Notes under the pieces: generated by a model
What the model was told of the DNA's origin: nothing
Database searches by the model: none
The model's input: the letters and a program-made list of their open reading frames with translations, nothing else
Assembly (NCBI GenBank): GCA_964016885.1
Contig: OZ024744.1
Coordinates: forward strand, 32,550,001-32,614,000
Length of the DNA: 64,000 bases
Direction: 5' to 3'
From: Eledone cirrhosa
Lineage: Eukaryota
Shown: positions 1 to 13,004 of the stretch, in pieces
Layout: each line of letters begins with the position of its first letter
Position numbering within the stretch: the first letter of the stretch is position 1
Made by a program: the position numbers and the translations under genes

Positions 1-834
1 GCCTTGACCACTTCCTATTGCGCGCACACAACACATCTCTCCTCTTCCGACCATCTCTTCATGGAATACTCGTATGTGGAGCTTGACCGTGGAATCTACT
101 ACCATCATAGGAGTTTACCAACATTTCAACCACATCCTCTTACGGAATCACCTATATAACTCACCCACACACACACCCAAAAAAGTTTTTTTCTCCCACA
201 CGCCACCTACACCCACAACACGCTTAAACCCAACACACACGTGCTTTCCACCACATATTTACACCTTCAGCCTCCGGATTCCTCTCCCCCCACCCCTCTA
301 TCCACACACGCACACACACTCCGACCTATACCGCACCCCACACACACCTCTTCCTGAACATGCAACCCCGTTCTTCCCCCAACCCTTGCTTTCACATACA
401 CACACACACACACACGTACACCTACACACACACACCACTTCATCCCTCCCCGCTCGGACACCTCGTCACCCTCTCCCCACTCCACCCGCCACCACCCCTA
501 CACCCCCCACCCTTCCCCGACCTGTTTTATCCCTTTTTAATTTCACTTTATTTTGATCATGCTTTTATTTTTATTTAATTTCATTTTATTTTGATCATGC
601 TTTATTTTTATTTTTATTTTTAATTTCATTCGCACCGTTCCCCCTCCCCTTCGTTATATGTCTCTCCACCACTCCCCTACACAACCTTTGAACTCTCTTC
701 CCACACACTTCTCACCTGAGGAAGGGCTTATGCCCGAAACGTCGTTCCCCACCACCACCCTACTCTCCAGAGCGTGAAATTAATAAACATTCGTTGTACT
801 GCCTCTCTGTTTTGTTCCTGTTCAAATTTTCCAT

Positions 835-838
<4 letters not shown>
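1..838 (+). mobile_element. 3' end of a Penelope-like element (decayed GIY-YIG C-terminus plus pLTR with hammerhead)
   Basis: Frameshifted LPIAR...LPTFQPHPL resembles a PLE GIY-YIG C-terminus. It is followed by a C-rich UTR, a hammerhead at 713-746, an AATAAA, and an end in (TA)n. The terminal ~75 bp recur inverted at 51903-51981. Confidence 0.6.
713..746 (+). ncRNA. Minimal type I hammerhead ribozyme motif
   Basis: CTGAGGA-A-GGGC ttat GCCC-GAAAC-GTC, a typical PLE-associated minimal hammerhead. Stem I is short. Confidence 0.75.
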
Positions 839-2252
<1,414 letters not shown>

Positions 2253-2324
2253 CGGTTTCAACACACGTTTTCAGATAAAGAATCTTGCTAAACAAATTCA
2301 GAAACGAAACATATATATATATAT

Positions 2325-2708
2325 ACGATATTAAATAAATGGAAACTATATTTATAAAACCATATTTATTTCATTATATATATTTCAGGGATATCATATT
2401 AAAAATATGGTATGCCTTCATCAGACAAAATACAATATAAACAGTCTTATAAATAGATAGATTTGACATACCTTACACTTCAAACTTCCATTTAAAAAGT
2501 TGATTTCATATGATATCCCTGAAATAAATATGGTTTCCATTTAAAAAGTTGATTTAATATGATATCCCTGAAATAAATATGGTTTTATAGTTTCCATTTA
2601 TTTAATATCGTTATTTAATATCGTAAATATACTCCAAATACTTGTTGAGTGCTTTTATATCAGTTATAAATATTTACTCGTTGTAACCCAACAATTTAAA
2701 TAAAACTT

Positions 2709-2712
<4 letters not shown>
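2325..2712. mobile_element. Non-coding hammerhead-bearing pLTR/retrozyme-like repeat with inverted halves
   Basis: The minus-strand part (2325-2490) carries a hammerhead and the plus-strand part (2510-2712) has the same 3' end. Homologues lie at 37785-38016 (+) and 44495-44640 (-). Confidence 0.7.
2372..2428 (-). ncRNA. Type I hammerhead motif
   Basis: Reverse complement: CTGATGA AGGCATACCATAT..ATATGATATCCCT GAAA TATATA. Confidence 0.65.
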
Positions 2713-2757
<45 letters not shown>

Positions 2758-2799
2758 AAATAAATAAGTCAAATATTTAAAATTTGGCTTCGTTTATTA

Positions 2800-2856
2800 C
2801 TACTATATATATTTCGGTGACAGCCATCTTTGGCTGTCACCTCTTCAGGCAGTCCG
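2800..2856 (-). ncRNA. Type I hammerhead motif with perfect 11-bp stem II
   Basis: Reverse complement: CTGAAGA GGTGACAGCCA aaga TGGCTGTCACC GAAA TATATA. Confidence 0.75.
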
Positions 2857-2976
2857 AATTAGTGTGGTAGAGACGAGTACACATGTTGTTGAGGTGTTTA
2901 ACTTTGTCAATACTCTGATATGCCCAGTTCCTGGTTGGGTAGTTATTTCTATGCGGAACTGGAATCATATGATTAC

Positions 2977-3010
<34 letters not shown>

Positions 3011-3105
3011 GTATAGGAATAACTACCCAACCTATATATATATATATATATAGGAACAAGTAAGATCCCGACGGCTGAGCTCAAGCCGTTTCGACGGCTA
3101 ATTCA

Positions 3106-3833
3106 GTTCCTGTGTCAGTGTTGAACAAAAAGGTGACGTGGTTGCCTTAACACCGTATGGCATAAATTCAGGCTGTTCAGTTTGTTTACAAACGAACAAA
3201 GCGACGTTATAATAAGCGCCGCTAAACTGATACGTGCATATATGTATGTGTACCTGTATGCATATGTATGCATATATGTATATATATATATATATGTGCA
3301 TGCTACTGTACGTCTGTATACATATATGTATGTACGTATACATGCATACTTACATTTAAGTAAGTGCCATACTAAGAGTGAGAAATGAAATTTCGTTTTC
3401 ATTTTGTTTCAATTTATCGTTTTCGGTATGCCTGACCGATTTCACTCACTCGAACGTTCAGCTATCTGGCAGATGGGTAAACGGTGCTGATGATAGCTAA
3501 CAAGCTTGAAACTAGTACATCGTTCCTGTGTCAGTGTTGAACAAAAAGGTGACGTGGTTGCCTTAACACCGTAATGCATAAATTCAGGCTGTTCAGTTTG
3601 TTTACAAACGAACAAAGCGACGTTATAATAAGCGCCGCTAAACTGATACGTGCATATATGTATGTGTACCTGTATGCATATGTATGTATATATGTATATA
3701 TATATATATATATATATGTGCATGCTACTGTACGTCTGTATACATATATGTATGTACGTATACATGCATACTTACATTTAAGTAAGTGCCATACTAAGAG
3801 TGAGAAATGAAATTTCGTTTTCATTTTGTTTCA

Positions 3834-3838
<5 letters not shown>
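3106..3838 (+). mobile_element. Non-coding tandem element (~416 bp period, ~1.75 units) with hammerhead; retrozyme-like
   Basis: GTTCCTGTGTCAGTG at 3106 and 3522, hammerhead at the unit junction, and an inverted homologue at 51299-51900. Confidence 0.8.
3482..3522 (+). ncRNA. Canonical type I hammerhead ribozyme
   Basis: CGGTG CTGATGA TAGCT aaca AGCT T GAAA CTAG TA CATCG. Stem I CGGTG/CATCG, palindromic stem III ACTAGT, GUA cleavage triplet. Confidence 0.9.
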
Positions 3839-3864
<26 letters not shown>

Positions 3865-3865
3865 C

Positions 3866-3930
<65 letters not shown>

Positions 3931-4669
3931 CGTATATATTGTTAACAATTCTACACTCCTAAAAATAGACTATATATGAAATTTAATACTTTCTTCCTTC
4001 ACCTATTCTCTGGTAAAACTTTCGCCTGTCCACTACCAACTGCCACTTAAAATTCTATCTTCCTTCTCTCTCCCTCTACTCATCACAACTTTTAGCACAC
4101 AACCCTCCTCCCCCTCCCTTCTTGTAACTTAACTATATTCTATACAAATCCTCTCACACCACCCTATCTCATTCTCTTTCTCTCCCTACCCCCGTCCCTT
4201 TTCTCTCTCTCTCTCCCTCTCTTTTTCCCCTCTCTCTCTCTGTTCCTCTATCTTACTCTAGTACCCCTTATTTCATTTCCTAAGGTCATTTCAACTTTGT
4301 ATTTTGAAAATTCGGATGCCACAGTATCTTTCTTGATTGTCTACTATTACATAGTGTAGCAATAATGGACTGAAATTCTGATGAAACAATTGTTAATACG
4401 TGGATTAAATCCTTTTGTAACTGTTTACCTTCGTCCTATTTCTCTTTTTATGTATATATATATATATATAAATATGTGTGTGTGTGTGTGTGTTTTCCTA
4501 CATGCAAAAAATACATATAGGGACACATGTATTATCCAACCGTATGCCAATGTGATTCTATGGCAGGTTCATAAATTAACGAGCCAGAACATATATAATC
4601 AAGGTTTAGAAAATAGAGTAAAAGTTTTAAAATATATTTTTAAAAGTTTACTGTACCTACTATATTTTA

Positions 4670-4751
4670 CCCTTTCCGCGCGGTTTCAAGTCATAAAATA
4701 AATGGATAATCCTTGCGGAAATCCATTAAGAAGAAGACTTTCGTCAGACAG
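4670..4751 (-). ncRNA. Hammerhead motif with extended stem II, mutated at U16.1
   Basis: Reverse complement: CTGACGA AAGTC..AATGGAT..ATCCATT..GACTT GAAA CCGCGCGG AA (expected TA). Confidence 0.6.
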
Positions 4752-5134
4752 TCCTTCTCACTAGGAGAATATAAAATTCCAGAGTTCAAATCACGAACTG
4801 ACGCCATACAGAACTCTTCCCGGATGAGAGTGTATGATGAAGAAACAATCTTGTCTAGTGCCGTGTGTAAAGATAGAAGGCAAGGGTATGTAGGAAAACA
4901 TATTTTATTATTATTAATCTCCCCTAGTCGAGATAACATTTTGGTTGTTTTAACCTACCTCCAATCTATACATACATAAAGCATGCATAGATACACCACA
5001 ACAACACGGCCAACAACAATATGTCTGTCTATAGTTGGCAGTGTGGGTAGGTGTGGTGTATCTATGCATGATTTATGTGTCTATAGTTCGGAGGTAGGGT
5101 TTCAATCTCCTTTATCTAAAATTATATATACATG

Positions 5135-5216
<82 letters not shown>

Positions 5217-5467
5217 TATGCACACACGTACGTATCTATTATGTGCGTATGTCTTTATGCATATATATATATATATATATACACATATGCACGCTTGTAT
5301 GTACTGTATGTGTGTAAGTAGATATATATATGTATGTATCTAGTTACACACATGTATTATGTCAGGTTACCCTTGAGCGCTACTGGTAACATGTAATTCA
5401 GTACAATAGAGTCAACGACCGTCCAAATACTGTGTATGTATATGTGTTAGGGGGTATTCTATTTGTA

Positions 5468-5479
5468 TATACTTATGTA

Positions 5480-5574
<95 letters not shown>
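5468..5574. repeat. (TG)n microsatellite
   Basis: Direct reading. Confidence 0.95.
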
Positions 5575-5575
<1 letters not shown>

Positions 5576-5589
5576 GAGTATGTATATGT

Positions 5590-5862
5590 ATATACCTACC
5601 AAAATTCAACTCAAAAGTGACACAGAGGAGACTGAGGTTGGCTGGACATGCTCACCGACATCCAGAGTTGACATTACACTCAGTGCTCCTGTGGGAGCCC
5701 CTACATGGACATACTGGAAGAGGAAGACCAAGGTTAACGTCTGTTGATGCCCTAAGGACAGACACTGGTCTGTTGGAGACGCAGGACATCGCAGCGATAA
5801 TGAGGGACAGAGACCGCTGGAGAGAACTCGTCCATGGATCTCGGGAATTTTACCCGCCTTAG
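5590..5862 (+). mobile_element. RTE-clade LINE 3' fragment
   Basis: RRLRLAGHAHRH...LLWEP.HG...RGRPRLT..D.L..DTG...M.DRDRWR is the typical RTE C-terminus. Confidence 0.8.
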
Positions 5863-6225
5863 ATATATATATATATATATGTGTGTGGTTAATTATGCTA
5901 ATTGGGAGAGGAGATGGTGTATATATATTATCAAATGATTCTATAGACATACTTTATAGTATATATATATATATATATACCTAGTATCCCTGGACATATT
6001 AACTGTAATCATTTTTCTCCGTCATGTTGAGAACAAATCTCTTGTTCTATTTAGCTGCTATTTTTTTAGTAGTAATTGTAGACAGCAAGTCTTTGATTTT
6101 CCCGCTTTTACTTCGGTCCAGTTTACATACGGGTCACTTTTACGACCTTTCAGACCTTTATTTGCTGGCAGGAGGTTATATATTTTGTCGTTCCTGGGAC
6201 GTTTAGCCCTAGGAAAGGAAAATGC

Positions 6226-6304
6226 TTCTCTGATGAGCTTTGGTTTTCCATCAAAAATCCATCGGATTTATGAGGTTTTACAAAGCGAAACTGATCAGTA
6301 AGGG
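6226..6304 (+). ncRNA. Type I hammerhead with extended stem II
   Basis: CTCT-type stem I, CTGATGA GCTTTG..CAAAGC GAAA CTGATCAG TA AGGG. Palindromic stem III ACTGATCAGT. Lies in a non-coding block (5980-6388) flanked by (TA)n. Confidence 0.85.
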
Positions 6305-6385
6305 CCACTATGAGAGGTAAATATTTATATTATATTTTTTAATGTATTTTAAAAAATTGATTGAATTTTACTTGTTCTGCTTATC

Positions 6386-6454
<69 letters not shown>

Positions 6455-6460
6455 ATAATA

Positions 6461-6628
6461 ATAATTGTTTCTACTTTTGGCACATGGCCAGCAAATACCC
6501 AGTACATTACTGGTACTTTATTTTATCGACCCCGTAAGGATGAAAGGCAAAGTTGAACTCAGAATGGAAAGGGCCGTAACTCTATGCGTCAAAGCATGAC
6601 GTCCGACTCTCTACTGATACTGCCAATG
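6461..6628 (-). mobile_element. tRNA-derived SINE (family A, Meta-like central domain)
   Basis: A/B boxes TGGCAGTATC..GAGTTCAA and central CTTTGCCTTTCATCCTTACGGGGTCGATAAAATAAAGTACCAG. About 10 copies in the window. Confidence 0.85.
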
Positions 6629-6883
6629 CATTATAATAATAATAAAATGTGGAGAAGGACTACACGAGTTGGAATATATATATATATATATATAAAAAAA
6701 TCGGGAGAAAAAGACGAATATTAAAAGAAAAATATATTTTTTTCCTTTTTATTTTTTTCTCTTTTTTCTGGGTTAGAACATGTTTAAAACACAATATTTT
6801 TCTTTGTGTGAAGTGTTAAGGTATTAGTTAATTTATTAATTAACAATGGTATTTATTTATTTATTTATATATTTAATAATTGT

Positions 6884-6920
6884 CTATTACCGGTTTCAGC
6901 ATTTTATGCATTATCAAACG
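6884..6920 (-). ncRNA. Hammerhead variant (U3-A8) in PLE pLTR; further copies at 11474-11510 (-) and 12362-12398 (+)
   Basis: Reverse complement: TTGATAA TGCAT aaa ATGCT GAAA CCGG TA. Stem I is weak. Confidence 0.6.
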
Positions 6921-7363
6921 GAGGAATTTGTATTGGTGTAAAATGTTCGGTGATGTTAAGGAAATGGTGAAGAAAGAATAATGTTATTTACAAACAAGGT
7001 TTTTGAATTGAAAAGAAAAAAGAATAATGGGGGTAATGTAGAACATGATAAGGTAATGGGAAAGAAAAAATAATATTATTTACATGCATAGTTCTTGAAG
7101 ATAAGCAGTTCAAAATGTGTTATTATGGCAAGAATGCTTCGTTGATCCATGATGGAGGCAAATGGTAGTCTGGGGTTTGATATGATTTCCTTTTTAGAGA
7201 GTTAATATGCAGGGGGAGGTAATTCAGTGTGGTCTGGTAGGGGAGAGATAAATGAGAGGGGGTAATTCATTTATATAAGAAAAAGGATTAGGTAGGAGTG
7301 GGGGGGGGGGTAACTCTTTAAAGAACATAGGGATTTGGATTTGGTTCATTGTTCGTTCCAGTT

Positions 7364-9694
7364 TTAGTTTAGTCCGAAGTTTAGTCCATTAAGTAGATGT
7401 TGGAATTTGTTAATGAAGTTCGTTTCCTTATTGGTACGATGGATGAAAGAAGCGTTGTCTATGAATTTGTAAATGGGGAAAATTTTAAAGTTTGGATGTT
7501 GGTTAGGTGTACAATTGGCGATATGTTCACTAAACGCAACCTTTCTGTATTCCTGTATTTTGATTTCTGATCTATGGACGGTCATACGTTGTCGGAGGCT
7601 GTTTTTTGTCTGTCCTATGTAGTGTTCTCCACAACCTGAGCAGGTCAAAACATAGATTAGGTTTTCAGATGCACATGTAAAATTGTGTTTAACTGTGAAA
7701 TGTTGTCCTTGTTTAAAATTGAATGTTAAACCTTCTATTAGATTTATGCATATGCCACAGTTGGGATTTCAGCATTTTTTTTACTGTAGGGTTCATTGTG
7801 ACGGTTGGTTGGATTTTGGCTTGTGTGAGGATGTTTTTTATGTATTTAGGTTGTCTTTTGCTCTTTATAATGTTGTTTGTTTGGAGGATTTTGTTCATTC
7901 TTTGGTCTCTTTTTAGTAAAGGAATGTTCTGGAGAATGGTGTCGAATGCTTCATTGTTGAGGGGGTTGTGTGTGGAGATGTATGATAGAGTTTTCTGCTG
8001 CGGTTCATTCCTGGGTTTGGGGTGTCTGAGTTCCTGGATGTTGAGTTTTAGGGCACGTTGGAATCCATTGTTGATTAGGGATGGTGGGTAGTTTCTGCTG
8101 ATAAGTGTGTTCTTTAAATCTTCTAGTCGTGTGTAGCATGTGTATTTATGTGAAACTATTGTGCAGATACTTCTGGATAGGTTATAAGGAATTGCCATTT
8201 TGGTATGGCGAGGGTGGCACGAGTTGAATGGAAGATATTGTTTGGAGTCTGTGGGTTTGTAGTATATGTCTGTCTCTATTTTGTTGTTTGTTTTCTTGAT
8301 GAGGATATCGGGGAAAGGCAGTTGTTCAAGGCTGTAATCCATTGTAAATTGTAAGTTTGTGTTGAGTCCATTTAGAAGGGTTTTAAACTCAGTCAGTCTT
8401 TCTATACTTTCATGCTAGAGGATGAAGCAGTCGTACAGATATCTCTTCCAGTTGTTTTCTGTGTGTAGGTAGAAGTGGTTACCCTATCTGTCTAGAACTT
8501 TGCGGTAGAGAGTGGTTTCTAAATATCTCATGACAAGGTTGGCGTATGAGGGGGCTACGTTCGTGCCCATTGCAGTCCCAGATTTCTGTCTGTAGTATTT
8601 GGCATCGAATTCGAAGAAGTTGTTTTCCAAGACGAATTTGAGTCCCTCCAACACAAATTCTTTAGGGATGCGCTGTGAAAGTTCATTAGGGAAATTTTCA
8701 AGCCAGAATTGTATTGCCTCTATACCTAGGTTGTGTGGGATATTGGAATATAAATTGATGACATCAAAGGTTACTAGTAGGGTATGTTCAGTATTAAGTG
8801 TTGTTGGGAGGTGGTTGAGCATGTCAAGGTCCCTTTATGAAGCTTTTTATGTGTTTTAAGAAAGGTTTAAGAAGAATATCTAGGAAGTTGATTAGGCGGT
8901 GGGTTTCACGTGTGGTACTTGCTATTATGGGACTTAGTTTAAGGTCTTCAGGAGGGGATATATTGATGTAAATGTCTGTGGCTTGCTTGCAGGCCCAGCC
9001 TATTACTTCGCTTTTGTGTGTCTTTGGGTTTACCTTAGAAGAGGCTGGTTCTGCTTTTGAAATCGGTGATGTAGTTGTATTCCTTGTCGGTAAGGCCTTC
9101 TTTGTAAAGGGGTGTTAGGGATTTTAGGTTTCTCATTATTTTCTGTTGTGTGTAATGTTGGGCCTTTTCGTAATATGTTTGGTTTTCTAGAGCTGATAGT
9201 ACTAGGGTCGTGTAGTAATCTGTCCTCATAAGGATTACTGCACTCCCTTTATCCGACTCTTTGATTGTTAGGGTTTTGTCGTTCTTTAGACTGTTAAGAC
9301 CATTCCATTCTTTTTTGCTTAGGTTTGGTTTTTGTTTATGTCTGTGTAGGTGGTGGTATAGGTAATTAGTAATGTGTTCGCAGAATTGATCGAGGAATTT
9401 GATCTTGGCTTTTGGTGGGGTGTAGTTGCTTCTATTTCTGGCTATTGAGTCATCCTCGTTGTATTTGTTGTATAGTTGCTCGCTGAGTCTTAGTTTTATA
9501 CAGAATTCTGCAATGTCTTCCTTCATTTCGGGGTAGTTTGGTCGTTGGGGAGTTGGTGTAAATTTCAGATCTTTGGAGAGTATGTTGATTTGGTCTGTTG
9601 TTAATTCTTTAGAGGTTAAATTAACGATTTTTATTACATTTTGTGTGTTTTGTGTTATCTTGTTATCCTGTGTCTGTGTGCTGTGTCTAAAAAA
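7364..9694 (-). pseudogene. PLE ORF2: reverse transcriptase plus GIY-YIG endonuclease (frameshifted)
   Basis: Motifs IVNLT..LSKDLKFTPTP, IKESDKGSAV, FDVINLYSNIP, GTAMGT..APSYANL, KRYLYDCF, YYKPTDSKQYL..SCHP, and LIYVLTCSGC..YIGQT..LRQR..H. Confidence 0.92.
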
Positions 9695-11148
9695 TGACTA
9701 CGGAAGTTGTGGTGGCTGTTGAAGTTTGGATGTCTCTTATGGTTGTATTGGCCCCTGCTGTTGTTGTTAGATGGTGTGTAGCTGTGGTGGTTGTTGAAGT
9801 TAGGTTGTATCGTGTGGTTGTATTGAGCCCTGCTGTTGTTGTTGTAGGGTGTGTAGACTTGGTGGTAGTTGTAGTAGGGTTGTCATGTGTAGTTATATTG
9901 AGTCCTGCTGTTGTTGTTGTATGGTGTGTAGTTATGGTGGTTGTAGTGGTTAGGGTGTCTCGTGTGGTAGTAATGTTCCCTGCTGGTGTTGTTGTAGTAG
10001 TATGTGGTTAGTGGGGGAGGGTAGATTAGTTTCCTTATAGTTGGTGTGTGGTGTGATTGTGAGACCCTATGTGGCATGTGTGGTAGTTGTGTATTTTGGG
10101 TTCTATGTTGAAAGTAATGATGGTTGTGGGTTTGTTGTGTGGGAATGTTAGGGGGGTTGTAAGTGTGGGGGATTCTATGGTTTCTCCTGGTTGGAGAGAA
10201 GTTGTAGTGTCTATCTTGTAGCTGATGTTTCTCTATTACTATATTTGTTGCTTGGGAATCCGTGTGGTAGTTGTGTGGAGGGTATAGGAGGTAGGGGCGA
10301 GGTGATGCCTTCTATTTTTGCTATGTGGGGAGGTATTGTTTTTTTGTTGCTGGTGGTTGTTGTGTGGTGTTTGGGTGGTGATTGGGTTTTCTTGTTATTT
10401 TGATTTTAATGAAGGGGTGCTTGGATGTGTGTTCTTTTTGGAAAAGTGATTCATAGTTAGAGAACCAGGTTTCGTTTATTTCCCAGCGTTGAACGGATTT
10501 TAATTCTTCCTTATTACAGTCCTCTAACCATAGTTTTGAAATATTTTCTAGTGTGGTATCTTTGGTTTTATTGATAATTGCTTGATTAATCTCATCGTCG
10601 ATTGATTTGATCCTATCTTCATTTGCTTGGGCTCTCAATTTAAGGAGTTCAATTTCGGTTTTTATGTTATCAAGTGCCATTCTTTCCCTGAGGCATCTTT
10701 GTGTCTCTGGTTCGTTTGGGATGGATTTAATTTGTAGTTTTCGGGGCAGGATTAACGGGGATGAGTTAATCCGTTTTTCATAGATCTTCGCTTTGTTATT
10801 ATTTTGTATCATCTTCCAAAAGGAGAATTTCCTGTTTTTAAGAGATGTGAACCATTGTGGTATTAATTTGTTTTTTATTTGGTAAGTTGTAAGTGTATTA
10901 GTATCATATGTTTTTTCGTTCGTTTGAATAGGATTTGTGTTGTTATTCAGGTGTAATTTTATTGTTTCACATAAGTTGTTGATATTGTCGTTGATTGCAT
11001 AGGATGTGTATTTGGGGATTGTTTATTCACTTGTAGAGTTAAGTTTGTTGGGGAGTATTGAGAAATTAGAGTTAATTTTTTGTAGTTCTTGGAGTATCTC
11101 TTGATTGATGCTAATGAGAGTAGAGTCTGTTTTTGTTTTAGTGGGCAT
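9655..11148 (-). pseudogene. PLE upstream ORF1 (coiled-coil-like middle, N/H/Y-rich 25-aa repeats at C-terminus), disrupted
   Basis: ATG at 11148. ORF pieces 10321-10812 and 9883-10077, continuing past one TGA to TAA at 9655. Contains 75-nt tandem repeats and overlaps ORF2, which is in the -1 frame. Confidence 0.65.
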
Positions 11149-11211
11149 TTTCTGTATCTCGCGTGGGAGTAAATAATAATAATAAAATGTGGAGACGGAG
11201 CATACGAGTTG

Positions 11212-11287
<76 letters not shown>

Positions 11288-11665
11288 ATAGGGAGAAAAA
11301 GACGATTATTAGGAAGAACATTTTTTTTTCCTTTTTATTTTGTTCTCTTTTTTCTGGGTTAGAAAATGTTTAAAACAAAATATTTTACTTTGTGTGAAGT
11401 ATTAAGGTATTAGTTAAATTATTTATTAATTAACAATGGCTTTTACTTATTTATTTATATATTTAATAATTGTCTATTACCGGTTTCAGCATTTTATGCA
11501 TTATCAAACGGGGGAATTTGTATTGGTGTAAAATGTTGGTGATGTTGAACATGTTAAGGAAATGGTGGAAATCTAATAGAAGGTTCAACATTCCATTTTA
11601 AACAAGGACAACATTTCACAGTTAAACACAACTTTACATGTGCATCTGAAAACCTAATCTATGTT

Positions 11666-11950
11666 TTGACCTGCTCAGGTTGTCAAGAGCACTACATAGG
11701 ACAGACAAAAAACAGCCTCCGACAACGTATGACCGTCCATAAATCACAAATCAAAATACAGGAATACAGAAAGGTTGCGTTTAGTGAACTTATCGCCAAA
11801 TGTACACCTAACCAACATCCAAACTTTAAAATATTCCCCATTTACAAATTCATAGACAACGCTTCTTTCATCCATCGTACCAATAAGGAAACATATTTCA
11901 TTAACAAATTCCAACCTCTACTTCATGGACTAAACTTCGGACTAAACTAA
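11666..11950 (+). pseudogene. Inverted duplicate of the PLE GIY-YIG domain
   Basis: Near-identical protein to 7364-7648. Confidence 0.9.
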
Positions 11951-12576
11951 AAATGGAACGAACAATGAACCAAAACCAAATCCCTATGTTCTCTAAAGAG
12001 TTACCTCCCTCACCCCCTACCTAATCCTTTTTCTTATATAAATGAATTACCCCCTCTCATTACTCTCTCCCCTACCTGACCACCCTGAATTACCACCCCT
12101 GCATATTAACTCTCTAAAAAGGGAAATCATATCAAACCTCAGACTACCATTTGCCTCCAACATGGATCAACGAAGCACTCTTGCCATAATAACATATTTT
12201 GAACTGCTTATCTTCAAGAACTACCATTACCTTATCATGTTCCACAATACCCCATTTTTTCTTTTTCTTTTCACTTCAAAAACCTTGTTTGTAAATAACA
12301 TTATTCTTTCTTCACCATTTCCTTAACATCACCGAACATTTTACACCAATACAAATTCCTCCCTTTGATAATGCATAAAATACTGAAACCAGTAATAGAC
12401 AATTATTAAATATATAAATAAATAAATGCGATTGTTAATTAATAAATATTTTAACTAATACCTTAACACAAAGTAACATATTTTGTTTTAAACATTTTCT
12501 AACCCAGAAAAAAAATAAAATAAAAAGGAAAAAAATATTTTTTACTGCTTAATAATCGTCTTGTTCTCCCTATTTT

Positions 12577-12784
<208 letters not shown>

Positions 12785-13004
12785 CGTATATATATACGTA
12801 TATATATTTGATATATCCTCGGTTGTCTGTTTGCATACCTTTATGTATTCATTTTTAATTCCTTTACCTTTTTTTTTTATTTTGTACATTTTTAAATTTA
12901 AATCTTTCAATCTTTCGTCTCTTACATATCCTCTGATGTGCTCTTGTATATACATTTGTATTCTATTTTTAATTGTTTTTTTTTAAATAGTGTGTACACG
13001 TGTG

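Noticed and set aside
3064-3098. Minus-strand GAAACGGCT..AGCCGTC stem III half
   Set aside because: The 5' half is replaced by the adjacent element, so it is incomplete and not counted.
4310-4400. CTGATGAAACAATTGT and an upstream CGGATG, possible hammerhead in a pLTR-like block (3940-4445)
   Set aside because: Core and stems cannot be assembled convincingly. At most a decayed motif.
9883-9885. In-frame TGA in PLE ORF1 as possible selenocysteine
   Set aside because: It aligns with CGA/AGA in sister repeats, so CpG decay is the simpler explanation. No SECIS was identified.
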